This document shows positions 28,070 through 40,815 of a stretch of 64,000 nucleotides of DNA, piece by piece (positions within the stretch are counted from its first letter, which is position 1; each line of letters starts with the position of its first letter). The DNA is from Octopus vulgaris (lineage: Eukaryota). The stretch spans positions 51,584,001 to 51,648,000 of the forward strand of contig OX597817.1 of NCBI GenBank assembly GCA_951406725.2. Direction: 5' to 3'. The notes beneath the pieces were generated by a model. The model did not search any database, had not been told where the DNA came from, and was given only the letters and a program-made list of their open reading frames with translations. The translations under genes were made by a program, and so were the position numbers.

Positions 28070-29905
28070 CTTTTTTTTCTTCTTTCAAATTTGCTTCCAT
28101 TTCTTGCCGAGTGTCTTCCCGAGTATACATTGGTAGGCCATTAAACTAAACTCTCTAGTTCGTTCATTTTTTTTAAAGTTAAATTAAAATACATGGGTAG
28201 TAATAGTTCTCACATCGACAATGCTCTTCTCAGTACGTGTGATGTACCAATTAAGACAATCTTTTGCACTTCTTGCAGGGATGGTAAGCCAGGGATCATT
28301 CTCATATAATTTTCGGTTCCCTTCTTGATCATTCCTAGTGCTCCTACGATCACTGGTATTGTAAACGCCTTGAGATGCCACATTTTCTCAATTTCAATGA
28401 GCAGGTCTTTATATTTTCTGAGCTTGTCAAACTCTTTCGCCGAGATATTATGATCACAGGGGATGCTCATGTCGATCAATAAGCAAACTTTATTGTTTGG
28501 GTCTTTCACAACAATATCTGGTTTATTAGCCTTGATGGTTCGGTCTGTATGTACTGGAAAGTCCCACAGAATCATTACATTTTCTCCTTCAGTTACAGCT
28601 TCAGGGTGGTGATTATACCACTTGTTGGCAGTTTTGATATTGTAATGCCGACTTATTAGCCAGTGTAGATATTGGCCAACTCTGTCATGTCTTAATTTAT
28701 AATCTCCACTGGTGCTAAGACTTTACATCCAGAGATTAGGTGGTCCAGTTTCAATCATGTCGTTGCAGAATCAGCATTTTGGGTCTGCTCCATTTTTCAT
28801 CACATTGGCCTGGTAGTTCCGGGTTAATAGGCTTTGATCTTGAGCAGCCAGGATGAAACCTTCGCTCTCTGTTTTTAGCCCTGAGCTCCGTAGCCACTGA
28901 TGGGTTTGCTTCTGGTCAACATCAGCTTGTTTGCTGCGGGCCACATAGTTGCCGTGCAGAGGTTTTTCCTCCCTCCTATCAGCCAATTGCTCGTGCGCTT
29001 TTTTCGTTGCCATTATTTTCACCTTCTTTGCAACAAACTGAACAACCCGAGGGACTCGGGTTGTTCAGTTTGGGTATCCTGCACGAGATCAATAGCAATT
29101 TTTTTGCTTTCCTTTATGATAGAATGAAGCTTCTTTCGTCTCTCGTGATTTTCCACGAGCTTTAGCATCCAGTCATTCATTATTTCGAGATATTTGGCCA
29201 GTCCAATTGTGGTTGTTTTGTAAGCTAGTTCAAATTGGATCAGGCCTCGACCTCCTTGGGCTCTGGGAAGGTAAAGGCGATCTACATCTGCCTTTGGGTG
29301 GTGCATCCTATTACAACTCAGCAGCTTGCGTATTTTCCTATCTATATTATTTACTTCACTCATATTCCAGTTCAACACATTGTAGCTATAAGTAACAACT
29401 GGAACTGCTAAGGAATTTATAGCTAACACCTTGTTACGTGCATTTAGTTCAGATTTCAGGACTGCACGAACTCTCCTATAACATTCCTTCCTGATCCTCT
29501 CTTTCATGCTTGCATGCTGAATACCAGAGCCTTCATTTATCCCTAAATATTTGTATGTTTGTTCTTGCTCAAGCTCTCTTATGACTGTGTCAACATCTAA
29601 CACGACTGAATTTGTGGTCTTCACTTTCCCTTTCTGGAAAGTGGCCTTGGCACACTTCTCAAGCCCAAACTCCATCCCAATGTCATCGCTGAATGCTTTC
29701 ACAGTGCGCAATAGGCCTTCAAGTTCATTATCGTCTTTACCATAGGGTTTTAAGTCATCCATATAAAATAGATGGCTTATTTTTTTATTGGCAATTTTAT
29801 ACCCATACCCTGTTCTGTTTAATTCACTTGTAAGGGGTATTAGGGCTATGCAGAATATTAAAGGTGAAAGTGAGTCACCTTGAAAAATTCCACAGTTGAT
29901 GTTTT
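28070..29905 (-). mobile_element. R4/Dong-type non-LTR retrotransposon, 5'-truncated and frameshifted (RT, CCHC, restriction-like endonuclease)
   Basis: GIFQGDSLSP, LFYMDD, RLYLPRAQGGRGL, AAQDQSL, PDIVVKD...LIDMSIP...KLRKY. Stop at 28210. (TAA)n arrays on both sides. Confidence 0.92.
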
Positions 29906-29909
29906 ATTA

Positions 29910-29910
29910 G

Positions 29911-29946
<36 letters not shown>

Positions 29947-30066
29947 CATTATTACCATTATTATTATTATTATTATTATTACCATTATTATTATTATTAT
30001 CATCACCATTATTATCATTATCATCATCATTATTATTATTACCATTATTATTATTATTATTATCAC

Positions 30067-30105
<39 letters not shown>

Positions 30106-30160
30106 CACCATTATTATTATTATTATTATCATTATCATCATCATTATTACTATTACCATT

Positions 30161-30210
<50 letters not shown>

Positions 30211-30238
30211 CATTATTATTACTATTATTATTATTATT

Positions 30239-30270
<32 letters not shown>

Positions 30271-30405
30271 TATTACCATTATTAGTATTATTATAATTAT
30301 TACCATTATGATTATTATTTTTATTATTATCATCATTATAACTATCATTATTATTATTGTTGTCGTTATTGTTGTTATTATTACCATCATCATCATCATC
30401 ATTAT
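29910..30405. repeat. (TAT/CAT)n microsatellite, upstream flank of the Dong-like element
   Basis: Direct reading of the sequence. Confidence 0.9.
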
Positions 30406-31087
30406 TTATTGCGAAAAGAGGATAGATTAAATGATCAGACAGAAATAGTATAATCCGTAATAGATCAACTTTAATATCATTGATGATGAACCCGTGGCAC
30501 GCGATATACTTTCAAATACGATTCACTTGCAGTATGATATTTTAAAGACACTTGTTAAGATTCACAAACAAATTTCGAAGATTACCACATTAGTCTGAAA
30601 ATATTGCATTTTCCAGTGACATCTAATTAACACAGAGCTTTATAATTACAGATCATAAATTAAACGTCGCTTACAAATTAATGAATTACTAACTCATCTC
30701 CTGCTGGACGCTTAGGTAAACACAATATGACAAGTGCCATTATCTTAAACAATTCTTTCATTTTTATTTTCCCAACCCAATCATAATGGCATCAATTACT
30801 AATAAAAAAATATGAGATTATGTCAAACAGGAAGTACAATGAACAATATGGAGTTCTTGATATAGATGGTAATATTCTTTCGTATTTTGTATGGAACTGA
30901 TTGGGAGTGAATCTAAGAATGTAGAAAATCTTTCGCTCCTAGAAAAACAATGGTTGAAGATTACAAAAACACATATACCAGTAATTAAAGCGGAAATGCT
31001 TCCAATCAGGCGACGTACATACATCATTCCTATTTAGAATTGTTTCAGATTTGCAGATCATTTTTCAATCATTATGTAATACGGAGG

Positions 31088-31392
31088 TGGAGGCACAATG
31101 GCCCAGTGATAAGGGCAGCGGACTCGCGGTCGGAGGATCGCGGTTTCGATTCCCAGACCAGACGTTGTTTGTGATTATTGAGCGAAAACACCTAAATCTC
31201 CACGAGGCTCCAGCAGGGGGTGGTGGTGACCCCTGTACTCTTTCGCCCCAGCTTTCTCTCACTCTTTCTTCCTGTTTCTTCAGTAACGCTGCGATGGACT
31301 GGCGTCCCGTCCAGCTGGGAAGGGGGCGGCGAACACATACGCCACGGAAACCGGGAAACCGGGCCCGTGAACCTAGCTAGGCTTGAAAAGGG
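31088..31392 (+). mobile_element. SINE family 3
   Basis: tRNA head tggcccagtgat...ggtttcgattcc. Tail gatggactggcgtcccgtcc...gaaaccggg. Confidence 0.8.
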
Positions 31393-31516
31393 CGAAAAAA
31401 ATGTAATACTGAGTTTAAGTTAATTGAGGAAGCTTTTGTACACTGAAGTGATAAATGGAATCCTGTGGAGAGACTTTTGCTTCCAACTCATGTCCGAATC
31501 TACATCCAAATCCTTT

Positions 31517-31725
31517 ATTTCTTTATTGCCCACAAGGGGCTAAACACAGAGGGGGCAAAGGGATTAAGTCGATTGCATCGACCCCAGTGCGTAACTGGTA
31601 CTTATTTTATCGACCCCGAAGGGATGAAAGGCAAAGTCGACCACAGCGAAATTTGAACTTAGAACGTAACAACAGACGAAATGCCACTATGATGATGATG
31701 ATGATGATAATGACGATGATGATGG

Positions 31726-31756
<31 letters not shown>

Positions 31757-31920
31757 ACTTTATATTATAGGCACATGGCCTGAAATTTGAGGGGAGGAGG
31801 CTGACTAATCGATTACATCGACCCCAGTATTTCGGCCCCGAAAGGATGAGAGGCAAAGTCGACCTCGGCGGTATTTGAACGGTATTTGAACACAAAGATG
31901 GGTGAAATACCGCTAAGCAT
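31517..31920 (-). mobile_element. Two partial SINE family 1 copies separated by (ATG)n
   Basis: Reverse complement of the family 1 core occurs twice. Confidence 0.7.
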
Positions 31921-32224
31921 TCTAACAATTTCAATAATCAAAGCTGTTTGAATTTTATCTGTAAAACGTAGTGGAGGAAGATCACGTGATTAGTGATCTT
32001 AGAAATTTTTGTAGGTTCCCTTCACTACGTCCGAGCGTTAACATCGTGTGATTATGTGTTTTGCGCCGCCAAAAATTAAAGCTGTCACGGTTGAACATGT
32101 CTAGTGATAGCCTCTAAATTTAATCTGACGAGCGGTAATAGAACAGGAGTTGTTTCTCTGTCGCCTGGTGGTTGAATAGTTACGGATGTGTCAATGTGGG
32201 CAAGCATTAATTTTTTGTTTCTCC

Positions 32225-32317
32225 ACTAAGTTTGTGCGAGAGAAAATATCCATCAATGTTAGTAGACAACGGAATAGAGCGTGCCAATGGAATGGGTTTT
32301 CAAGAATTGCTAAAAAG
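32225..32317 (+). mobile_element. Small Penelope-like RT thumb fragment
   Basis: YPSMLVDNGIERA aligns with YPASLVDNGIERA at about 49333. Shared DNA tagtagacaacggaataga. Confidence 0.6.
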
Positions 32318-32841
32318 AGAGTGAATCTAATTGCAAGTATTCATGATTTTACTGTGATTGAATAATCGGAATTGCTACGAGTAGGAAACGAACCAGCCGT
32401 AGCGCATACCACGCTGGAAGTTCTAACACCTACATCCATGATATTTCGTCAATGTTTCCAGAAACGACGGTAGTTACAGAGCTTTATTTCCTGTTTTACC
32501 GCATATATATGTATTTTATATAATCCAAAAGGGTAAATATATAGGCCTCAAGTTATATATTAATACAGATCTCGATCTCTCTCTTTCTCAATCCTTCTCT
32601 CTGTCTCTCATTAAATATACGTATGTACATACATATATATATATATGCACATACATACACATGTATGTATATACATACATTCATATATATATATATACAT
32701 ACATACACATGTATGTATATACATACATTCATATATATATATATACACACACATACATACATATATGTATACACATACATATATATATACATACACAGTT
32801 GCATATATATATGTTTATATGTACATAAATATGTATGTGCG

Positions 32842-32878
<37 letters not shown>

Positions 32879-32902
32879 GTATATATATATACATGCATAC
32901 AC

Positions 32903-32992
<90 letters not shown>

Positions 32993-33651
32993 CCACACAG
33001 ACATGCATTCAAATGTAAGAAGACAAAAGTAGACTCCTGATGTTGAATCGTGACAAACATGCAGTAACAATTATTTACATATAATTAGCTTATAATCATG
33101 AATCTCATTTGCCGTCTTGTCAATTTGGACAAGCGGCATCAACTTCCTGTTTGCTAAGTCAATAATTCTAATGGAGTGCATGACCAAATCGAGGAGATTG
33201 GTCACATGTAACTACATCCTCCCTAAGGCCGCTTAGAATAATCAAATCCAGCTAATCGATAGCTAATCAATTATTAGACAAGAAGAAGAAACGGAACTGA
33301 AATTAAATTAAATAGACAGAGTTTGATAGAAAAAATGTCCATCGCTATTGATACAGAGTTTAAATTGAAATTGAATCTTTAATATTTGTCCGAAAATGCT
33401 TTCTGACCTACATGCTAGAAATAGCAAACATGTTGCCCCTCAATCATAATGATTCATACAAGGGGTGCAGGAGTTTAGTCATTGTAGCATGAAAGATAAA
33501 TAATTCGTCTGCTTTGCTTGGAACACGAAAAGCCTACGGGGAGCCTTCATGCTTCTTTGTTGTTGTTTTTTTTTCTATCCAAATATTAATTCGTTATTAT
33601 TTACAACTTTATCTACTTCGAGTTCCACTGTGAAAAAAACAATTATTTCAT

Positions 33652-33969
33652 ACAGTTCTATATTTAAGAGATGAGGAATTAAGTACATTATTTACATTTG
33701 ACGGATATTTGTCCTCATCTTGTTTGTTGTTAACACAACTTTTCGGCTGATATACCCTCCAGCCTTCATCAGGTGTCTTGGGGAAATTTCGAAACTGGGT
33801 TCTCATTCCTAAGGTATTTTTTGATGTTGTTGTTATTATTATTATTGGTATTATTATTATTATCATTATTATTATTATTATTATCATTATTGTTCAGGTC
33901 ACTGCTTGGAATCGAACTGGGAATCTTGGGGTTAGTAGCCCGCGCTCTTAACCACTACGCCATATGCCC
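33652..33969 (-). mobile_element. tRNA-headed SINE with (AAT)n linker and hammerhead-bearing tail (family A)
   Basis: Head 33969-33892 has A box tggcgtagtgg and B box gttcgattcc. The tail contains gacac-ctgatga-a-ggctg...cagcc-gaa-aagt-t-gtgtt. Confidence 0.8.
33732..33777 (-). ncRNA. Minimal type I hammerhead ribozyme motif
   Basis: Stem I GACAC/GUGUU, core CUGAUGA, stem II GGCUG/CAGCC, GAAA. Stem III is ACGU in sibling copies and AAGU here. Confidence 0.7.
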
Positions 33970-35791
33970 GTGGGATATAGGGCGTAGTAGTTATAAATAA
34001 TGTACATAATTATTTTATATTCTCTCGAAATTTCTAGAGTCGCAGCATACAATTCTCGTAGGTAAGACCAAAGATTGTAAAACGAATATCGAAATTCGAA
34101 TGATTGCTTTCATCCAGTTTTATAACACCTGTCGTGTTTACAGAACGTGTAGGTCCATGTCCGATGGGCAGCCTTCAATTTTCTCCACCCAAAGGGTTAT
34201 TATAACCGAATATTTGCACGTTATTATTTATAGCTTTAACTACTTCGAGTTCCACTCACGTTCTCTCGAAATTTCTATATAATTATGACGTAGGTAACAT
34301 ATAATTTTCGCTTTTAATATTCGGAGAGCGAATTATGAAAGATTGCTCTGGTACAATTGTAGAACGTCTCTCATGGTTTGCAGAAGATGTAGGTTCGCGT
34401 CTCACGGTTACTCTTTTTTTTTCTTTTCAAAGTCGTTGTAACCCAATATTTACACGCTATTATTTATATCTAATAATAGCCTTATCTATTCAGAGTCCCT
34501 CTGTTGCGATCGAATTGGTTGGCCATACTTTAGAGCCAGACTTGTAGGTTTACTTTTAACCAGAAATGCTGTATTTTGTCTCTGGGTAGTTATTCGCATG
34601 ACTTTCATTATATCCATCAATACATCATGCTTACGTTATACACAGTGTCAATGGGCTGTTTACCGCAGTATTTATCCTGAGATAACATCACTCATGGACG
34701 GACATTGTTAAAAACGTAATATATATAAGGAGTCAAAAAATCATAAAAAAAGTTCTCATTATTTTCTCTATTATGATGGCTTTCCATTCCCGTAATGCTG
34801 CATACACTAAATTTTAGGTTTTGTTCAAAGGAAGTTCTTTTGTTTAAAACGGTTTTCCTACTTTCTATGTTTTCCCTCTAAATCGTTTCATGTTTTTCTT
34901 TCCTGGGTAGACTTTCTACTTTTAAGTTTTGTTATTGAATTCACCTTGACATTTGCATCTAGTTTGAACTGTTTGATTTATTTACTACAACGCTGTATAC
35001 TCCATGCTTCAACTTCAATTTGTTCAAGTTGATATTTATTTCTCTTGCGATTTTCAAGATCTTGTTCGTATTGAGTTTTAAGGACTCTAAACTAAATTTA
35101 TTTCTGAGTGGGTGACGGTTTTGTGATCCTGTTTCGGATCTCATTTATTTCTAATGCTATACCATTTCTCTTGAGATTTATCTCATGCGGAATTATCCCT
35201 TTCTAAATATAAACTGTTTTATTGTTTTCAATATTTACTGCTTATCTCGAAACCTGCAGTTCTGAATACTATACCAACTCCATTAGTTCTGTTGTATTAT
35301 TTCTACACGATAGCTAGCGTGTTTAAGTATGATTCTGCTTATCTAAGCAGCATGTTATTTTGAGGATTTCAAGCCTGTCTTCAATCTGCAAAAGTTTCTC
35401 TCTTCAAATGTTTGTCTAATTTCGTTTACCAAATTTTCCAAGTCGTTGCAATTATTCGTTTGCCTTTATCGCTGTCGAATGATTTTCTAATAGCATCATT
35501 TTGCAGTTTTGTGTTTTGAGAGGACTCTACTCTGTTTAAAGTAATGTAGTTACGTTCCTTTGAATTATAAAATGTGTCCATTTGCCCTTTATAATTTTTT
35601 CTGATGTGGTCCTGTTGTTTTCTGTTGTTTTCTGTTGTTCTTGGTTGTGTTATATTAATTTGGCTTAGTATTTTTATATATTTTACTATTCAACTAAAGT
35701 TATTCGTTTGTTTTTTGTTTATTTTCTTTCGTATCTTTAATAATTCTAAACTGTGACAGATGCCTGAATAACAAAACAAAAGTAAATATAT

Positions 35792-36021
35792 ATTTCTTTA
35801 CTACCTATAAGGGGCTAAACACAGAGAGGACAATCAAGGACAGACAAACGGATTAAGTAAATTACATCGACCCCAGTGCGAAACTGGTACTTTATTTATC
35901 GACCCCGAAAGGATGAAAGGCAAAGTCGACCTCGATGGAATTTGAACTCAGAACGTAACGACAGACGAAATACCGCGAAGCATTTCGCCCGTCGCGCTAA
36001 CGTTTCTGCCAGCTCGCCGCC
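35792..36021 (-). mobile_element. SINE family 1 with a target-site duplication of about 15 bp
   Basis: acaaaagtaaatata on both sides. Confidence 0.85.
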
Positions 36022-37197
36022 CTTTTGACAAAAGTAAATATAGGTTAAGTATATCTGTACGTATCTACATTCGAGTCCCTCCCTTCGGATATTATGTAGG
36101 GGTTTACTCCGTTAGTCTATTTTAAACACTCAATTAATTAGCCCACACGCCAGAAAGGGTTTAAGTATTTATTATTTTAGAGGGTATGGATTGTGGAGAG
36201 ACACACACACTCTCGTCTTTCAAAATTGTTTTGGTCTGAGGCAATGAGTGCCACATTCCCAGTCGTTATCAGGATACGGGTTCTGTATGGAGTTATCTAA
36301 TCCTAGATTAGTAGCTAAAGGACTCATACTATTTTTATGTATTATATGGTTCCGTTGGGGTGCCTCGGAGTAACCTTCTTCCGGGATCGATGCATAACTA
36401 TGATGAGGGGTCACTTACTTAAATGTCAACTTTTTCTAACGATGTTGTGTTACGGTGCATAAGCTGTTCCATTCAGCGTAGTTTTTTACCAGAACTGTTT
36501 GGAAGTTCAAATTGATACACATATGATGACAGCTGATGCGAAACCTCTAAATGTTCCAGGCGTTTCTTCGGGAATTGTCAGAATGAAATACGATTTATAC
36601 TGAAGGACTGGATATTCATGCGGGGGGAATTAGTATGCCCCTTAAGGAACATTTATGAACAATTACAAAGAGAATATTCAAAACTTTAACAGGAAACAAT
36701 ACAAGTCATTTGCAATCGAATTATAATCAATCTTTCCACATTTCTTCGATACAGTAAAAAGACACCCTTAATATAAAACGATGTACTATAAGGACCTGGC
36801 CGCATATACTCTTTTCTTCAATTTGTTATCAAAACTACTTTCCCACGCAGAGATATAAAGTGGACATCCCAGTACTATACTCCAACCATTTATGAAACAT
36901 ATACCAAACACATTTACACAACTATCCCAGCTTTTACAGTTCTATATTTAAGAGATGAGGAATTATGTACATTATTTACATTTGACGGATATCTGACCTC
37001 ATTTTATTGTTGTTAACATAACGTTTCGGCTGGTATATCCTCCAGCCTTCATCAGGTGTCTTGGGGAAATTTCGAACCTGTGTTCTCATTCTTAACGTAT
37101 GGCGTAGAGGTTAAGAGCGCTGGCTACTAACACCAAGATTCCGAGTTCGATTCCAGGCAGTGACATGAATAATAATAATAATGATAATAATAATAAT

Positions 37198-37750
37198 GCT
37201 CTGATGCTGTACCAGGCAGTGGCTCTCATGGAGTCTAACCTTAATTGATTGGAAGTGTTATCATGTACATTGTTTTGTCTTAGTATAAAAGATGGGCTAC
37301 AGCAAATATTCTGCTCAATACCACAGATTTGATTGTCAGTTGTTTGACCTTAACCAGTTGAGCATGTCCCTTGGTGGCTGACGATATGTGCATCAATGAC
37401 CACGGGCAGAAGTAGTGGGGAGCATCATAGCCGTGTATTGAAAGGAATTCTTAGAGGTTTGGATAATTCACCTTTGGAAACATAGGTGGTTCGTTCAACA
37501 TCCTTAAACAATCCTTATTCAGAGACCTTTTGAGCAGGATGGGCTACTCGACCAGAAGAAAATTCTAACTGGGCCCCACCTGCAAGGTCATGCGCTGTTT
37601 ATCTTGATATGAGATCCCCATGTCGCGCACATATGGTTGTGATGCATATGCTCGGTGTACCCTTAACATGCAGGTAGTCATGATGGGTATACTGGGCTTC
37701 GTATATTTTAACCCAGTGTCACTTTGATGGCATGCACTGCTCTCTCACTC
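37198..37750. repeat. Unclassified segment bounded by (AAT)n on both sides, possibly the 3' UTR of a second TAA-targeting LINE
   Basis: Complex non-coding sequence sharply delimited by AAT arrays inside the SINE linker. Confidence 0.4.
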
Positions 37751-37791
<41 letters not shown>

Positions 37792-37813
37792 TAATAATAA
37801 TAATAATAATAAT

Positions 37814-38775
37814 AAACACAAAGAAGAAGATGATGAAGAAACAACAAAAGCTATAAAACAAATGAAATCCAAACTAAAAATAGAACAGCAACGAGCCATG
37901 ATAAAACGATGGCAAGAAAAACCCCTTCATGGTAAATACTGCACTAAACTAAACGCAAAAGAAATAGACAAAGAAAAATCCCAGCAATGGTTGAGAAGCT
38001 CAGGACTCAAAGCAGAAACAGAGGGATTTTTAATTGCAGCACAAGACCAAAGCCTCCCCACCAGAAATTACCAAAAACATGTAATGAAAAGAAATATTAC
38101 AAGTAACTGCAGAATATGTGGAGATGGACAAGAAACAATAAATCATATTATCTCTAGCTGCCCAGTCCTGGCTAAGAAGGAATATATTCACAGACATGAC
38201 AGAGTTGGAACCTACATACACTGGAAGCTATGCCAACATTATGGAATAACAACAGAAAAAAGATGGTATAGGCACACACCAGAAAAGGTCACAGAAAACG
38301 AGAAAGCAACCATACTCTGGGATATGCCGATACACACAGATAGAGAAATTAAGGCCAACAGACCAGATATAGTTGTCAGAGATCATGAAGAAAAAAATGC
38401 TTTCTAATTGATGTATCAATACCGGCAGATGACAACGTGTCTCTAAAAGAAATGGAGAAACTCTCAAAATACAAAGACCTGGAAATAGAGATAACTAGAA
38501 TGTGGAACCTGAAAACAGAAACAATTCCTATCATAGTAGGTGCATTAGGCATGATAAAAAAATATTCAGACAAATACATAACAAAAACACCAGGACTTAC
38601 AAACACATATAACATACAGAAAATTGCACTACTAGGCACTGCACACATCCTACGCAGAACACTTTCCATACAATAACCATCAGAGCATCACAACAAATCA
38701 CAGCACATACCCAAGGCACACAGAGCTGCGCTCGGTAGTGAAGTGAAAGCACGCTATAAAAATAAAACTACTGAA
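37814..38775 (+). mobile_element. R4/Dong-type LINE 3' fragment (CCHC and RLE) with one frameshift near 38395
   Basis: WQEKPLHG, IAAQDQSL, CRICGDGQETINHIISSC, RPDIVVRD, KLSKYKDL. Stop at 38676, then a short 3' UTR and (AAT)n. Confidence 0.92.
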
Positions 38776-38789
38776 TAATAATAATAATC

Positions 38790-38852
<63 letters not shown>

Positions 38853-39619
38853 TCGAAAAATAACTTAGGAATGAGAACCCAGGTTCAAAATTTCCCCAAC
38901 ACACCTGATGAAGGCTGGAAGCTATATCAGCCGAAAACGTGTGTCAACAACAAATAAAATGAGGACAAATATCCGTCAAATATAAATAACGTAAATAATG
39001 TACCCCAGCTCTTCTATAAACATTTATGAAAATTAGTTCGTACAATAATTCACAACCTCTTTTACACCTTAAGAGTTTAGTAGGTTATATCAACCACAGA
39101 CCAATAAAGAGATGACAAAAATAGTTAAAATCAGTGGGATCTCAAATCTGTAACCGGGTGTAAATACCGCAAGGTATCTTATCTTGCGCTTTAACTAACG
39201 GTACTAAAAATTCGATGCGAAATTGCAGGCTATGCCCAAAATACCTATATAATATTTCTATGAGTATAATTGGTTTATACACATGCACAGTTGCCTATTT
39301 CCTTATATCTGAATAAATTTTATTTAAAACTAAACTGCACATAACACTATTTTGATGACAGAAACCCCGCTCACTCCCCCCCTCTCTATCTATATATCAA
39401 TCTATCTATCCCTCCCTCTCTCCGCCGGGCTGTCTTTCTGTCTACCAGTCACTATCTGGCAGTTTCTGTTCACATGCATACATATAAATGTATATATGCA
39501 TATATATACATACACACACTTATGTATGTACGTGCGTGTGCTTGTGCTAGCGCGCGCGAAAACTGTGGTAGAAATTAAATTAAATTCATGTATAATTTAT
39601 TTTACATACATATAGACAG

Positions 39620-39635
39620 ACACACACACACATAT

Positions 39636-39703
<68 letters not shown>

Positions 39704-39806
39704 GTGTGTGTGTGTGTCTGTCTATATATGTAAATAAATTGTACATGAATTTAATTTAATATATGTATACATATATACATACATACATATATGTATATAT
39801 ATATAC

Positions 39807-39837
<31 letters not shown>

Positions 39838-40164
39838 CACATACATATATGTATACACATATATATATACACATATATATACACATATATATACATACAT
39901 ATATGTATACACATATATATACATACATACATATATGTATACACATATATATACATACATACATATATGTATACACATATATACATACATATATATATAC
40001 ATATATATACATATACATACATATATATACATATACACATATATATATATACACACATATACATATACATACATATATACACATATATACATATACATAC
40101 ATATATATACATATACATATATATACATATATATACATATACATACATATATATATACATATAC

Positions 40165-40198
<34 letters not shown>

Positions 40199-40202
40199 AC
40201 AT

Positions 40203-40233
<31 letters not shown>

Positions 40234-40326
40234 TACATATACATACATATATATACATATATATACATATACATACATATACATATATATATATACATAC
40301 ATATATATACATATACATACATATAC

Positions 40327-40359
<33 letters not shown>

Positions 40360-40736
40360 TATACACATATATATATATACATACATATATATACATATAC
40401 ATACATATACATATATATATATATACACATATACATATACACATATATATATATACACATATATATATATATACATATATATACATATACATATATATAT
40501 GTACATATATATACATATATATACATATACATATATATACATATATATACATATACATATATATATGTACATATATATACATATATATACATATACATAT
40601 ATATACATATATATATATATACATGTATATATACATATATATACATATATATACATATATATATGTATACATATATATATGTATACATATATATATGTAT
40701 ACATATGTGTGTATGTATATATATATATGGTATATA

Positions 40737-40815
<79 letters not shown>
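39620..40815. repeat. Compound (TA)n/(CATA)n/(CATATA)n array of about 1.2 kb
   Basis: Direct reading. Source of the 300-390 aa Y/I/H/T ORFs. Confidence 0.95.

Larger units (their letters stand above)
36936..39003 (+). mobile_element. Family A hammerhead SINE: inverted tail 36936-37095, tRNA head 37096-37169, tail 38851-39003, split by nested insertions in its (AAT)n
   Basis: Same modules as 33652-33969. Hammerheads at 37015-37060 (-) and 38900-38945 (+). Flanking direct repeat cccagctttt / cccagctctt. Confidence 0.75.

Noticed and set aside
27371-28149. Long poly-Tyr, poly-Ile, poly-Asn and poly-Leu ORFs
   Set aside because: Translations of the (TAT)n array flanking the LINE.
33892-33969. 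tRNA gene (also at 37096, 10853, 31088 and other heads)
   Set aside because: A and B boxes are present, but there is no paired acceptor stem and each head continues into a repeat body, so these are SINE heads.
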